Shown piece by piece: positions 44,571 to 56,693 of a DNA stretch of 64,000 nucleotides. Positions within the stretch are counted from its first letter, which is position 1. Every line of letters starts with the position of its first letter. Source of the stretch: Clostridia bacterium (GTDB taxonomy: Bacteria > Bacillota > Clostridia > DUPQ01); NCBI GenBank assembly GCA_046484975.1, contig JAWOHX010000011.1, forward strand, positions 3,611-67,610, read 5' to 3'. The translations under genes were made by a program, and so were the position numbers. The notes below the pieces were generated by a model. It searched no databases. It saw nothing but the letters and a program-made list of their open reading frames with translations, and had not been told where the DNA came from.

Positions 44571-44600
44571 TTGACAACCCGAAGGAATCGGTGTTAAAAT
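44571..44600 (+). promoter_or_regulatory. sigma-A promoter (TTGACA-18-TGtTAAAAT)
   Basis: TTGACA at 44571-44576 and an extended -10 TGTTAAAAT at 44592-44600, upstream of the L7Ae-like/rpsL/rpsG/fusA block. Confidence 0.65.
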
Positions 44601-44642
44601 GAACGCCGTGTGTTTCTATCGGAAAGAGATTGGATTGATTAG

Positions 44643-44885
44643 ATGGAACGGTTGAAAAACAAAAAAAGGATTGTCGGACTGAGACAGACCCTGAAATCCC
44701 TCAGAAGCGGCAAATTGGAAATTGCATATATCGCCATGGACGCGGACCCGAGGGTCGTTGGTGGATTTGAGCAGGAATGCATCAGCATGAACGTGGAAAT
44801 ACGCCGTCCGGAAAGCATGAAGGAACTCGGGAAAGAATGCGGCATTGAAGTGGGGACCGCAGTGGCAGGCATTGAAAAAGAATAA
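44643..44885 (+). CDS. ribosomal protein L7Ae-family protein (YbxF-like)
   Basis: 80 aa at the conserved Firmicutes position between rpoC and rpsL. K-turn-binding L7Ae-like pattern. Confidence 0.8.
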   Translation: MERLKNKKRIVGLRQTLKSLRSGKLEIAYIAMDADPRVVGGFEQECISMNVEIRRPESMKELGKECGIEVGTAVAGIEKE

Positions 44886-44918
44886 AGCATATAGAAAATA
44901 GAAAGGAGGTGCAGCAAT

Positions 44919-45329
44919 TTGCCGACATTTAACCAGTTGGTGAGAAAGGGGAGAAAGGTCTCAAAAAAGAAATCAGACTCTCCCGCCCTGCAGAAAAGCT
45001 TGAACACCCTCAAGAAGAGATCCATCGAAATGAGCTGTCCGCAGAAGAGAGGGACCTGTACGGTTGTCAAGACCAATACCCCGAAAAAGCCCAATTCCGC
45101 ACTGAGAAAGATTGCCAGGGTCAGGCTGACGAACGGCATCGAAGTCACGGCTTACATCCCGGGCATCGGACACAATCTTCAGGAACACAGCGTCGTTTTG
45201 ATCAGGGGCGGCAGGGTCAAGGATCTTCCCGGTGTCAGGTATCACATCGTGAGGGGAACACTGGACACGGCAGGTGTGGACAAAAGGAAACAGGGCAGGT
45301 CCAAATACGGGACAAAAAAAGGAAAATAA
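44919..45329 (+). CDS. rpsL: 30S ribosomal protein S12
   Basis: TTG start after [19 protein letters not shown]...[10 protein letters not shown]...[34 protein letters not shown]. Confidence 0.95.
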   Translation: MPTFNQLVRKGRKVSKKKSDSPALQKSLNTLKKRSIEMSCPQKRGTCTVVKTNTPKKPNSALRKIARVRLTNGIEVTAYIPGIGHNLQEHSVVLIRGGRVKDLPGVRYHIVRGTLDTAGVDKRKQGRSKYGTKKGK

Positions 45330-45436
45330 AAGAAAATACAGTGCGCCTAGTACTTCATCATATATGTATGAAAGCGCCGGCGATGGCTGACTGCCACGAG
45401 TACCGATGATCGTTTATCGAAAAGGAGGGAAGTAAG

Positions 45437-45907
45437 GTGCCAAGAAAAGGTCATGTACCAAAAAGAGATGTTCTTCCCGATCCCATATATAATGACAAGA
45501 CAGTCACGAAACTTGTCAACAATATCATGTTGGACGGGAAAAAAGGAGTAGCGCAGAGGATCTGCTACGATGCTTTTGACATCATCAAGGGAAAAACAGG
45601 AAAAGATCCTTTGGAAATGTTCAAACTAGCCCTGGACAATATCATGCCGGTCCTGGAGATCAAGGCAAGGAGAGTCGGGGGAGCCACATATCAGGTGCCC
45701 ATAGAAGTCAGACCCGAAAGAAGGCAGGCCCTCGGCTTGAGATGGCTCTGCACATTTGCCAAAAACAGGGGTGAGCGGACCATGAAGGAAAAGCTTGCGG
45801 GCGAGATCATGGATGCCGCCAACGGACAGGGCAATGCATTCAAGAAAAAGGAAGACACCCATAAAATGGCTGAAGCCAACAAGGCTTTTGCACATTACAG
45901 ATGGTAA
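45437..45907 (+). CDS. rpsG: 30S ribosomal protein S7
   Basis: GTG start. [18 protein letters not shown]...[23 protein letters not shown]. Confidence 0.95.
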   Translation: MPRKGHVPKRDVLPDPIYNDKTVTKLVNNIMLDGKKGVAQRICYDAFDIIKGKTGKDPLEMFKLALDNIMPVLEIKARRVGGATYQVPIEVRPERRQALGLRWLCTFAKNRGERTMKEKLAGEIMDAANGQGNAFKKKEDTHKMAEANKAFAHYRW

Positions 45908-45948
45908 TTTCCCATCAAGGGGTGGATTGAAAGGAAGAAAGAGAGAAT

Positions 45949-48018
45949 ATGCCAAGAGAATTCACATTGGATAAAACGAGAAACGTCGGAATCATGGCTC
46001 ATATTGATGCCGGAAAGACGACGACAACAGAGCGCATTCTCTATTATTCCGGACGCCTCCATAAAATGGGGGAGACCCATGATGGATCTGCCGTCATGGA
46101 CTGGATGGACCAGGAACAGGAGAGGGGAATCACCATCACCTCTGCGGCTACAACCGCCCAGTGGAACAAACACCGCATCAATGTCATAGACACACCCGGG
46201 CACGTTGACTTCACGGTGGAGGTGGAACGCTCATTGAGGGTCCTGGATGGGGCCGTTACTTTGTTCTGCGCGAAAGGCGGGGTGGAGCCCCAGACAGAAA
46301 CGGTATGGAGGCAGGCGGATAAATATCATGTCCCAAGGCTCGCCTTTATCAACAAAATGGATATTGTGGGAGCGGATTTCTTTCATTGTGTGGACATGAT
46401 GAAGGAGCGGCTGGGTGCCAAGGCCATCCCCATCCAGCTGCCCATCGGGGCGGAGGATGCCTTCAAGGGGATTGTGGACCTGGTCAGCTTCAAGGCCTAC
46501 TATTACATGGATGACCTCGGCCAGGAGATCGTGGAGCAGGAGATTCCCGCAGAAATGCTCCAGAAAAGCCTGGAATACAGGAACAAGCTGATGGAAGTGG
46601 TGGCGGAAGAGGATGAGGAGCTCCTGATGAAATACCTCGAAGGCGAGGAAATGACGCAGGATGAGATCAAAAAGGGATTGAGGAAAGCCACCATCAAGGT
46701 TGACATCATCCCTGTCACATGCGGGTCCGCTTACAAGAACAAGGGCGTGCAGAAACTGCTGGATGCCATTGTGGACTATATGCCCTCGCCTCTGGACGTG
46801 CCTGCCATCAAGGGGGTCGGAGTCAGGGACAAGGAAACTGAAATCATCCGACATTCAGATGACAACGAGCCTTTTTCTGCCCTGGCATTCAAAATCATGA
46901 CGGATCCTTATGTGGGGAAATTATGTTTTTTCCGGGTTTACTCAGGAACACTGGACTCCGGGTCATATATTCTCAACAGCACAAAGAACAACAAGGAGCG
47001 CATCGGCAGGATCCTCCAGATGCATGCCAATGCCAGGGAAGAGATCAAGAAGGTGTATTCCGGAGACATTGCCGCCGCGGTGGGATTGAAAAACACCACC
47101 ACGGGAGACACCCTTTGCGATGAGAAACATCCGGTCATACTGGAGGCCATGACCTTTCCGGAACCTGTCATATCCATCGCCATCGAGCCAAAGACCAAGG
47201 CAGGGCAGGAAAAAATGGCGGTGGCCCTGCAGAAACTGGCGGAGGAAGACCCGACCTTCAGAACCTATACGGACAAGGATACGGGGCAGACCATCATCCA
47301 GGGCATGGGGGAACTCCACCTTGACATCCTGGTCACCCGCATGTTCCGGGAATTCAGCGTGGAGGCCAATGTGGGCAAACCGCAAGTGGCTTACAAGGAG
47401 ACCATCAGGAAAAAAGCCACTGCGGAAGGGCGTTTCATCCGGCAGTCCGGCGGCAGAGGCCAATACGGACATTGCCTGATCGAAATCGAACCAAGGGCAC
47501 ACGGGGAAGGATATGAGTTCGTGGACAAGATCGTCGGTGGCAGCATCCCAAGGGAATACATCCCTGCGGTGGATGCTGGAATCAGGGATGCCATGAACAA
47601 CGGTATCCTTGCCGGGTATCCTGTCCTTGACTTCCGTGTCACCCTGTTGGATGGGTCCTATCATGATGTGGATTCCTCTGAGATGGCATTCAAAATCGCC
47701 GGGTCAATGGCATTTAAAGAAGCATGCAGGAACGCGGACCCCGCCATCCTTGAACCCATCATGAGGGTGGATGTGGTGGTGCCGGAAGACTACATGGGGG
47801 ATGTCATCGGAGACATCAATGCGCGAAGAGGCCGGATAGAAGGCATGGAACCCAGAAACAACATGCAGATCATCCGATCCCTGGTGCCTTTGTCCGAGAT
47901 GTTCGGATATGCCACCCAGCTTCGGTCCAGGACCCAGGGTCGCGGAACCTTCACCATGCAGTTTGCCCATTATGAGGAAGTTCCCAAGGCAATCGCAGAC
48001 AAGATTTGCGAAATGTAG
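45949..48018 (+). CDS. fusA: elongation factor G (canonical)
   Basis: [26 protein letters not shown] and NKMD are all intact. 689 aa. Confidence 0.98.
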   Translation: MPREFTLDKTRNVGIMAHIDAGKTTTTERILYYSGRLHKMGETHDGSAVMDWMDQEQERGITITSAATTAQWNKHRINVIDTPGHVDFTVEVERSLRVLDGAVTLFCAKGGVEPQTETVWRQADKYHVPRLAFINKMDIVGADFFHCVDMMKERLGAKAIPIQLPIGAEDAFKGIVDLVSFKAYYYMDDLGQEIVEQEIPAEMLQKSLEYRNKLMEVVAEEDEELLMKYLEGEEMTQDEIKKGLRKATIKVDIIPVTCGSAYKNKGVQKLLDAIVDYMPSPLDVPAIKGVGVRDKETEIIRHSDDNEPFSALAFKIMTDPYVGKLCFFRVYSGTLDSGSYILNSTKNNKERIGRILQMHANAREEIKKVYSGDIAAAVGLKNTTTGDTLCDEKHPVILEAMTFPEPVISIAIEPKTKAGQEKMAVALQKLAEEDPTFRTYTDKDTGQTIIQGMGELHLDILVTRMFREFSVEANVGKPQVAYKETIRKKATAEGRFIRQSGGRGQYGHCLIEIEPRAHGEGYEFVDKIVGGSIPREYIPAVDAGIRDAMNNGILAGYPVLDFRVTLLDGSYHDVDSSEMAFKIAGSMAFKEACRNADPAILEPIMRVDVVVPEDYMGDVIGDINARRGRIEGMEPRNNMQIIRSLVPLSEMFGYATQLRSRTQGRGTFTMQFAHYEEVPKAIADKICEM

Positions 48019-48020
48019 GG

Positions 48021-48049
48021 TTGACGGTTGGATGAAACATGTATAAAAT
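48021..48049 (+). promoter_or_regulatory. internal sigma-A promoter upstream of tuf (TTGACG-17-TATAAAAT)
   Basis: TTGACG at 48021-48026 and TATAAAAT at about 48043-48049. An internal tuf promoter is common in Firmicutes. Confidence 0.6.
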
Positions 48050-48135
48050 GATAGTGATATACGCGTAAATGCTGTTTCATATCATTTGGTCATGAAAATC
48101 AATATTGTGTTTAATTTTAAGGGAGGAAATATAAA

Positions 48136-49341
48136 ATGGGAAAAGCTAAATTTGAGAGAACAAAACCGCATGCCAACATCGGTACGATAGGCCATGTTGA
48201 CCACGGTAAAACCACACTGACAGCTGCTATAACCAAAGTCCTGGGTCTCACGAACAAAAATATCAAATTCATGGCCTATGACGCCATTGATGCAGCACCG
48301 GAAGAAAAAGAAAGAGGCATCACCATATCAACGGCCCATGTCGAATATGAAACCAAGAGCAGGCATTATGCCCATGTTGACTGCCCTGGCCACGCCGACT
48401 ATGTCAAGAACATGATCACCGGAGCCGCCCAGATGGACGGTGCAATACTTGTCGTGTCCGCCGCCGATGGCCCCATGCCCCAGACAAGAGAGCACATCCT
48501 TCTTGCCAGGCAGGTTGGTGTACCCCATATCGTGGTATACATGAACAAGACCGACATGGTGGATGATCCCGAGCTCATCGAGCTGGTGGAAATGGAACTC
48601 AGGGAACTGCTCAGCGAATACAATTTTGACGGGGACAACATTCCCATCGTCAAAGGATCTGCACTCCTTGCCCTGGAATCCACATCCACGGACCAGACCG
48701 CACCCGAATATGCAACCATCCTGGAGCTGATGGAAGCCGTCGACAGCTATATTCCGACTCCTGAAAGGGAAACCGATAAGCCTTTCCTCATGCCTGTTGA
48801 GGATGTGTTCACCATCACCGGCCGCGGAACCGTCGCCACCGGAAGGATTGAAAGAGGCAAAGTCAAGACCGGGGAGGAAGTTGAAATCGTGGGCTTCCAG
48901 GAAAAATCAAGGAAGACCATCTGCACAGGCGTGGAGATGTTCAGGAAGATCCTGGATGAAGCCTTTGCAGGGGACAACGTCGGATGCCTTCTCAGGGGAG
49001 TCCAGAGAAGCGAAATCGAAAGAGGCCAGGTCCTTGCGAAACCCGGTTCCATCACCCCGCATACGGAATTCGAGAGCCAGGTGTACGTGTTGACCAATGA
49101 TGAAGGCGGAAGGCATACTCCCTTCTTCACGGGATACAGGCCCCAGTTCTATTTCAGGACCACCGATGTCACCGGTGTGGCAACCCTTCCCGAAGGCGTG
49201 GAAATGTGCATGCCCGGCGACCACATCACCATGACCATCAAGCTCATCACCCCCATCGCCATGGAGGAAGGCCTGCGCTTCGCCATCAGGGAAGGCGGAC
49301 GCACCGTGGGATCGGGAACCGTGTCCAAAGTCATCAAATAG
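48136..49341 (+). CDS. tuf: elongation factor Tu
   Basis: [23 protein letters not shown] and NKTD. 401 aa. Confidence 0.98.
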   Translation: MGKAKFERTKPHANIGTIGHVDHGKTTLTAAITKVLGLTNKNIKFMAYDAIDAAPEEKERGITISTAHVEYETKSRHYAHVDCPGHADYVKNMITGAAQMDGAILVVSAADGPMPQTREHILLARQVGVPHIVVYMNKTDMVDDPELIELVEMELRELLSEYNFDGDNIPIVKGSALLALESTSTDQTAPEYATILELMEAVDSYIPTPERETDKPFLMPVEDVFTITGRGTVATGRIERGKVKTGEEVEIVGFQEKSRKTICTGVEMFRKILDEAFAGDNVGCLLRGVQRSEIERGQVLAKPGSITPHTEFESQVYVLTNDEGGRHTPFFTGYRPQFYFRTTDVTGVATLPEGVEMCMPGDHITMTIKLITPIAMEEGLRFAIREGGRTVGSGTVSKVIK

Positions 49342-49360
49342 AATCCTGAAGGACATCACG

Positions 49361-49391
49361 AAAGGAACTGTTTATACAGTTCCTTTTTTTT
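49361..49391 (+). terminator. intrinsic terminator after tuf
   Basis: GGAACTGT-ttat-ACAGTTCC followed by TTTTTTTT. Confidence 0.85.
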
Positions 49392-49448
49392 AACTTAAAT
49401 ATGAAAGAAATAGTGCTAATACTTGCAAAATTGATGCAAATCTGTTAA

Positions 49449-50828
<1,380 letters not shown>

Positions 50829-50898
50829 GCACTTTGATGGTATTTTTCTCCCGGATGGGGTATGATTAACATGACTACAGCCTGAGGGAGGACATGTT

Positions 50899-52080
50899 AT
50901 GCAAAAAATCACTGAAAACATTCTCTGGACGGGAATCAAGGACTGGGACTTAAGGCATTTTCATGGGCAGGAGTTATCCACACAAAGGGGAACCACCTAC
51001 AATGCATATATCATCCTGGACAAGAAAAACGTTCTGGTGGATACGGTCTGGCCTCCCCATGCACTGCCTTTCATGGATGAAATCCGGGCATTCGGCGTCG
51101 AAAACATCGATGCCATCATCATCAACCACATGGAGCCGGACCATGGCGGAACCCTGGGAATGATCATGGACATCAAACCGGACATCCCCATCTACTGCAC
51201 TCAGAAAGGGAAAGAGATCATTACGTCCTACTTCCGAAAAGACTGGAATTTTGTCACCGTTAAGACAGGCGACACCCTGGATATCGGTGAAAATACCCTG
51301 ACCTTCGTAGAAATGAAAATGATTCACTGGCCAGACAGCATGATGGTGTATGCGGACAAGGAGAAAGTCCTTTTTTCCAATGACGCCTTCGGACAGCATT
51401 ACTGCACGAAGTCCCTCTTCAATGACGAGGTGGACAATCATGAACTTTACCAGGAGGCAATCAAGTATTATGCCAATATCCTGACCCCGTTTGCCTCCTT
51501 GATCAAAAGCAAGGTTCTTGAGATCAACAAGCTGGGTCTTGATGTGAAGATCATCGCCCCCAGCCATGGGGTCCTGTGGAGGGAGAATCCTTTCCAGATC
51601 GTGGAAAAATATCTGGAATGGTCGGATTCCTACCAGGAGGATTTCGTTGTGGTCATCTATGACACCATGTACCAGTCCACCAAAAAAATGGCTGAAGGCA
51701 TCGAGAAAGGACTGCGGGGAAAAGGGGTCCTGGTGAAACTCTACAATGCAGCAGTGACAGACCCCTCTTATCTGCTCACAGAGATTTTCAAATCCAAGGG
51801 GATGGCAGTCGGCAGCTGCACCGTGAACAACGGGGCCATGGCTTCCATCCATACACTGGTTCACGAGATCAGGTCCCATAAATTCAAAGACAAGCCTTTT
51901 CTTGCATTCGGAAGCCACGGATGGAGCGGGGAAGCTGCAAGGGACATCCACGAAGGACTGTTGGCGGCCAAACTGAGTCCTGTGGCTAATCCCGTGACGG
52001 CAAAGTACAATCCGGGAGAGGATGTCCTGGAGGCATGCGAAAAAGCGGGAGCCATGCTGGCGGATATTCTTAAGATATAG
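50899..52080 (+). CDS. flavodiiron protein (metallo-beta-lactamase-like + flavodoxin domains; FprA/NorV-type without rubredoxin)
   Basis: Di-iron ligand motif HMEPDHGG and a flavodoxin-like C-terminal domain (VVIYDTMYQSTKKMAEGI). Confidence 0.85.
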   Translation: MQKITENILWTGIKDWDLRHFHGQELSTQRGTTYNAYIILDKKNVLVDTVWPPHALPFMDEIRAFGVENIDAIIINHMEPDHGGTLGMIMDIKPDIPIYCTQKGKEIITSYFRKDWNFVTVKTGDTLDIGENTLTFVEMKMIHWPDSMMVYADKEKVLFSNDAFGQHYCTKSLFNDEVDNHELYQEAIKYYANILTPFASLIKSKVLEINKLGLDVKIIAPSHGVLWRENPFQIVEKYLEWSDSYQEDFVVVIYDTMYQSTKKMAEGIEKGLRGKGVLVKLYNAAVTDPSYLLTEIFKSKGMAVGSCTVNNGAMASIHTLVHEIRSHKFKDKPFLAFGSHGWSGEAARDIHEGLLAAKLSPVANPVTAKYNPGEDVLEACEKAGAMLADILKI

Positions 52081-52170
52081 AACTTGACAAGAAGGATGAA
52101 GTATTTCCCCTTCTTTCTCCTTTCAAAAAGAGGTATAATGTGCGTATAAGGGAATAATTCAAAGGAGTGC

Positions 52171-52995
52171 TTGATGATGTCAGAAATGATGACCAGGGAA
52201 AAAGCTTATGAAATCCTGGGGTTGCCGCAGGATGCCCCTGAGCAGGATATCAAGATCAAATACGAGAATTTCATGAGGCGGCATAGATATGATGAGACCA
52301 TTGATGTGGATCTCCTGACACAAGCCCATGACACCCTGATGGGATATGACATGCACAGCAAGGACAAGGACCCTGCATATGCCCAGAAAGGCCTCAACAA
52401 AAAGAAAGTGGATAATTTCTTCTACCACCATAAGAGGAATCTCCTCTACGGAGCAGTCATCCTCATCATTCTTGTAGCCTTGTCCTTCTCCTTGTTCAGT
52501 GGAAGGAGGAAGGTGGACTTCGGGGTTGCTTTCATCGGCAATTTGACCATGTCCGACATAACCCGGGTGGAGGAGTATCTTCAGACGGTATACGAGATCA
52601 ACAACATCGGGGTCACCTATGCCTCCTATGCATTGGACCAGGGGGAAGCCTCCGCAGCCAACATCATCCGGCTCATGGGAGTCATCACCGACCCGATGTA
52701 CAACGTCCTCTATATGAACAAGGAGGCCGCGGAATTCCTCGCTACTGAAGAGGGTCTGGTTGATCTGACCCCTTATTTCACCGAGATCGGCATCGTCAGA
52801 CAGGACGAAAGGATACTCTGGGTAACCACCGACACGGGGAAAGTGATTGCGGGTGCCATTTTGGTCGGCAGGGATCTTGAATTACAAGACCTGATCATCG
52901 GGTTCGTCCCGGATTACATCGGCATATCCAAAAGCGACACGGACAAGACAACATCCATCACCTTAATCAGGGGATTATTGGAAAGAAGGCTATAA
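52171..52995 (+). CDS. J-domain-like single-pass membrane protein (paralogue B)
   Basis: KAYEILGLPQDAPEQDIKIKYENFMRRHRYDE (J-like, no HPD), a TM helix (LLYGAVILIILVALSFSLF) and a C-terminal domain co-linear with the 31035..31832 product. Confidence 0.5.
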   Translation: MMMSEMMTREKAYEILGLPQDAPEQDIKIKYENFMRRHRYDETIDVDLLTQAHDTLMGYDMHSKDKDPAYAQKGLNKKKVDNFFYHHKRNLLYGAVILIILVALSFSLFSGRRKVDFGVAFIGNLTMSDITRVEEYLQTVYEINNIGVTYASYALDQGEASAANIIRLMGVITDPMYNVLYMNKEAAEFLATEEGLVDLTPYFTEIGIVRQDERILWVTTDTGKVIAGAILVGRDLELQDLIIGFVPDYIGISKSDTDKTTSITLIRGLLERRL

Positions 52996-53098
52996 ATCCC
53001 ACTTAATATCAATAAATATTAGATATTTCCCTACTGGCATTTTTACGGGATGCTATATAATTGTGTTGCAATCTTTTTATTGAAGGAGTGTACGTCAC

Positions 53099-54058
53099 AT
53101 GGAATATATCAAAGAATTGTCCGATCGGATCAGGGAAAACATTGCCAAGGTCATCATTGGAAAGGATGAGGTCATTGACATCGTGCTGGCCTCCCTTTTC
53201 TCCTCCGGCCATGTCCTTCTGGAGGATGTTCCGGGATTGGGAAAGACGGTGCTGGCAAAAAGCCTCGCCAGGTCCATCGGTTGCGACTTCAAGAGGATCC
53301 AGTTCACTCCTGACCTCCTGCCTGGAGACCTGACTGGTGTAAGCGTCTACAATCAGAGGGAATCCGATTTCATTTTCCGGGAAGGTCCGCTTTTCACCCA
53401 GATTGTCCTTGCCGATGAAATCAACAGGGCCACTCCCAGAACCCAGTCTGCCCTTTTGGAATGCATGGAGGAACACCAGATTACCGTGGAAGGCAAGACC
53501 ATGATCCTTAAAGAACCCTTCTTTGTCATTGCCACCCAGAATCCCCTGGAGACCCAAGGCACCTTCCCTCTTCCCGAGGCCCAGATGGACAGGTTTTTCG
53601 TCAAACTGAGCATCGGTTATCCCTCCCATGGGGAAAGCATCAGCATCCTGGACCGCTTTGAAAAGGACAAACCCCTTGAACGGCTGGAAACTGTGGCAAC
53701 GGCCGAGGAAATTGTCAAGGTGCAGGAAATGATGAACAAGATATTCGTCAGCGACGACATCAAGGAATATATTGTGGACATCACCGAGGCCACCAGGGAG
53801 CATGCACGGCTGATCCTGGGACTTAGCCCGAGGGGCAGCATCTCCCTGATGAAAGCCGCCAGGGCATATGCGGCCATCCGGGGCAGGGATTTCGTGATTC
53901 CCACGGATGTCAAGGCCGTAGGAGTCTGGGTCATGTCCCACCGGGTAATGCTACGGGGTCATGCCATCACTTCCGGAGGAAAAGGGACCGCAGATGTCAT
54001 CAAAGAAATTTTTGACACCGTCAAGGTGCCCACAGAGGACATCGAAGGAGAAAAATAA
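53099..54058 (+). CDS. MoxR-like AAA+ ATPase
   Basis: Walker A (GLGKTVLAKSLARS), Walker B (LADEINRATP) and sensor motifs. 319 aa. Confidence 0.9.
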   Translation: MEYIKELSDRIRENIAKVIIGKDEVIDIVLASLFSSGHVLLEDVPGLGKTVLAKSLARSIGCDFKRIQFTPDLLPGDLTGVSVYNQRESDFIFREGPLFTQIVLADEINRATPRTQSALLECMEEHQITVEGKTMILKEPFFVIATQNPLETQGTFPLPEAQMDRFFVKLSIGYPSHGESISILDRFEKDKPLERLETVATAEEIVKVQEMMNKIFVSDDIKEYIVDITEATREHARLILGLSPRGSISLMKAARAYAAIRGRDFVIPTDVKAVGVWVMSHRVMLRGHAITSGGKGTADVIKEIFDTVKVPTEDIEGEK

Positions 54059-55180
54059 ATGGAACTGATTTTTATTGCAGTTCTGGTTATGACGTTCTTC
54101 CTGATTGAATTGGTGTTCTATAAATTTTTCCTTCTCAAGAACATGGAGTATACCCTTTCCTTCAGCCAAAAGCATGCATTTGAAAACGACGACATGTATG
54201 TGGATGAGGTCATCTACAACAAGAAACCCATCTATATCCCCTGGGTCAAGGCAGACATCCATTCGTCCAAATGGCTGGAATTTGCCAATGCCAGCTCGGT
54301 GATCATCGATGAGAGACGATTCGTCACCAGTGGATTCATGCTCAAGGCTTTCCAGAAGACAACAAGAAGATGGTATATGAAATGCACGAAGAGAGGAGTG
54401 TTTGATATTGACAACGCCACGCTGACCTGCGGGGATCTTCTGGGGCTGGTCACGGAATCCAAGGCTGTCCCTGTGAAGACCCGGTTGACCGTATACCCCG
54501 GCCTGGTGGATCTCAGCGAGACGTTTTTCAGCACCCGGGACATCATGGGGGATGCCATCGTAAAGCGATTCATCATCGATGACCCGTTCATTGTGAAAGG
54601 GACCCGGGAATATATGCCGGGGGATGCCATCAACAGAATCAACTGGAAGGCCACGGCCCGGCATGACAGGCTGATGGTAAAGGAAAACGACTTCACGGCG
54701 AAAATGGGGATCACCGTCCTGATGAACATCCAGTCCGCCGACAATGAGTTCAACATGGTGAAGAACAAGGATGTGGTGGAACTGGCCATCAAGGTCTCGG
54801 CCACCATCCTCAACAGGGGATATTCCACGGGGATGCCGTTGCGCTTCGCCACCAACGGGTGCGTCGTGGATCGAGACGATGAGATGGTTTTCTCCGAGAT
54901 CGGCAACGGGCAGGAACACTATATGGAGCTGCTGACAGTCCTGGCGCAGCTTAAATTGAAAAATGTCAGGGATTTCCCCATATTCGTGAACGCCCAGATG
55001 GAAAATATCCGGAACACCCAGGTCTATATCGTGACCGCATACTACAACGAGGATATTCTCGGCCTGGCCAGGGAGATGCAGAAGTCTTCCAACACCGTCA
55101 AGGTGCTGGTCCTGGACACCTACTCTGATGGAATGCCGGTGTCCGGGGATATCGAAACCTATTTCATGGGCAGGAAATAG
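54059..55180 (+). CDS. DUF58 (vWA-like) protein, MoxR partner
   Basis: N-terminal TM helix and the DUF58 core (REYMPGDAINRINWKATARHDRLMVKE). The ATG is 1 nt after the moxR stop. Confidence 0.85.
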   Translation: MELIFIAVLVMTFFLIELVFYKFFLLKNMEYTLSFSQKHAFENDDMYVDEVIYNKKPIYIPWVKADIHSSKWLEFANASSVIIDERRFVTSGFMLKAFQKTTRRWYMKCTKRGVFDIDNATLTCGDLLGLVTESKAVPVKTRLTVYPGLVDLSETFFSTRDIMGDAIVKRFIIDDPFIVKGTREYMPGDAINRINWKATARHDRLMVKENDFTAKMGITVLMNIQSADNEFNMVKNKDVVELAIKVSATILNRGYSTGMPLRFATNGCVVDRDDEMVFSEIGNGQEHYMELLTVLAQLKLKNVRDFPIFVNAQMENIRNTQVYIVTAYYNEDILGLAREMQKSSNTVKVLVLDTYSDGMPVSGDIETYFMGRK

Positions 55181-55193
55181 AAAGGAACGCACT

Positions 55194-56591
55194 GTGGAAA
55201 AGCAATATGACCTGAGAAGGAAGTTCATCCCTGTGCTCGCAATGACAGGCAGCCTTTGCGGTTTTTTCATGATGCTCTTCCACATGGTGGACAAGGATGT
55301 CAATGTTGTCCTGCAGAGCCTGATTTTCATCGGGTATCTGGTGGCAGGCACGCTGGCATCCCATCTGATCCGGTTGACCCGGGGTAAAAAAGGCATCGAT
55401 GTCATCAATCGGAATGAGAAAGACGAGGCCTACCTGATCAAGCAAAAAATGTATCTGCTGGCCATCCCGGTTTTCATCCTGGCGTTTCTCTTCACCCAGT
55501 CCATGGGAATCCTCTATGCCCTGGTCTATTCCTTTGCATATGGAACAGCCTTCCTCCTTGGAATATCCAACGGGCTTTTCGATTACAAGGACATGGTGAC
55601 CACCAACCTTCTCTATGTGGGGGTCATCCCCATCGGATTTTCCTTTGTTTATGCCTATTACGGTGCAAACATCCCGTTGACCAGCAATACCGCCTGGTTT
55701 TTCGGTTCCATGTACCTGCTTGCATACCTGTTGTTGATCAACAGGATGAAACTAAACAGCATCCTTTTCTTCCGGTCCTCCGTCAACGTGGAGAACAGCC
55801 GGAAGATCCGGATCCAGAACGACATCCTCATCGGGCTGTTCTATCTTCTCTATCTGGTGATTTTCAATTTCAGGCAGCTCATCAACTTCTCCTATGACAT
55901 ACTGTTGACGGTCTTCACCTATTTCCTCATCGCCATGCAGGCCATTATGGATTTTCTGCTGGCTGATACGAGGGGAGGGGATGTGCCCGGCGATCCGACC
56001 GGCGGACTGGACGCCTTTGAGCCTGTGGAGATGGCTCCATGGCTGACCTACCTGCTGTATGGACTTCTGATTGTGGCCTTTGCCATCGGGTTGGTATTTT
56101 TCATCATTTTACTGGTTCGGATCATCCGTAAAATCGTCAGGTTGATCATGCAGACTGTCTCAGGGGAGATGAACAGGAAATCATCAAAGAAAACCGTGGT
56201 GGCCCGGGAATATGAAGAAGAAAGCGTAATTATCCGAAAGGGCAAGACGCAGCACCCACTGCAGAAAAAAAGAAGATTCCACTACACCCTGAAGGAACTG
56301 ACGCTCATGCAGAATCCCACGGATAAGCTGCGGTATTTTTATGCCTTCGTCCTGGAACGGTTCCGTTACAAGAAAGTGGATTTCAGGGACAGCGACGCCC
56401 CGGAAGAGATTCTCGAGAAGATATCTGCATATGAAGGGGTGGACCAGCTCCGTGCAGACGGGTTCCCCGAGGTGACTACAGAATACCTGAGGGTTCGTTA
56501 CGGGGAAAAGGAGCCCGGGCTCCAGGTGGATGAGGAGAAGGCCAGGAGATACGAAAAAGACATCCAGCTGATCAAAACAGATAAAAAATAA
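55194..56591 (+). CDS. polytopic membrane protein with cytoplasmic DUF4129-like tail (third MoxR-operon gene)
   Basis: About 8 TM helices and a charged C-terminal domain. Positional equivalent of the transglutaminase/DUF4129 gene in MoxR-DUF58 operons. GTG start at 55194 is chosen to avoid overlap; the ORF itself opens at 55128. Confidence 0.55.
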   Translation: MEKQYDLRRKFIPVLAMTGSLCGFFMMLFHMVDKDVNVVLQSLIFIGYLVAGTLASHLIRLTRGKKGIDVINRNEKDEAYLIKQKMYLLAIPVFILAFLFTQSMGILYALVYSFAYGTAFLLGISNGLFDYKDMVTTNLLYVGVIPIGFSFVYAYYGANIPLTSNTAWFFGSMYLLAYLLLINRMKLNSILFFRSSVNVENSRKIRIQNDILIGLFYLLYLVIFNFRQLINFSYDILLTVFTYFLIAMQAIMDFLLADTRGGDVPGDPTGGLDAFEPVEMAPWLTYLLYGLLIVAFAIGLVFFIILLVRIIRKIVRLIMQTVSGEMNRKSSKKTVVAREYEEESVIIRKGKTQHPLQKKRRFHYTLKELTLMQNPTDKLRYFYAFVLERFRYKKVDFRDSDAPEEILEKISAYEGVDQLRADGFPEVTTEYLRVRYGEKEPGLQVDEEKARRYEKDIQLIKTDKK

Positions 56592-56693
56592 ACACATCCG
56601 ATCTCATTTGCTTTTTGGCTACCGATTGATTATAATGTTAAAGCCAAGCCGCTAGGGTATATAATAGGATAGTAAGATGAGAGAGGGATTTGA

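Noticed and set aside
53009-55408. Two long minus-strand ORFs (310 and 485 aa) opposite moxR and the DUF58 gene
   Set aside because: The + strand products carry intact Walker A/B and DUF58 motifs, and the antisense frames are compositionally biased. No evidence of real genes.
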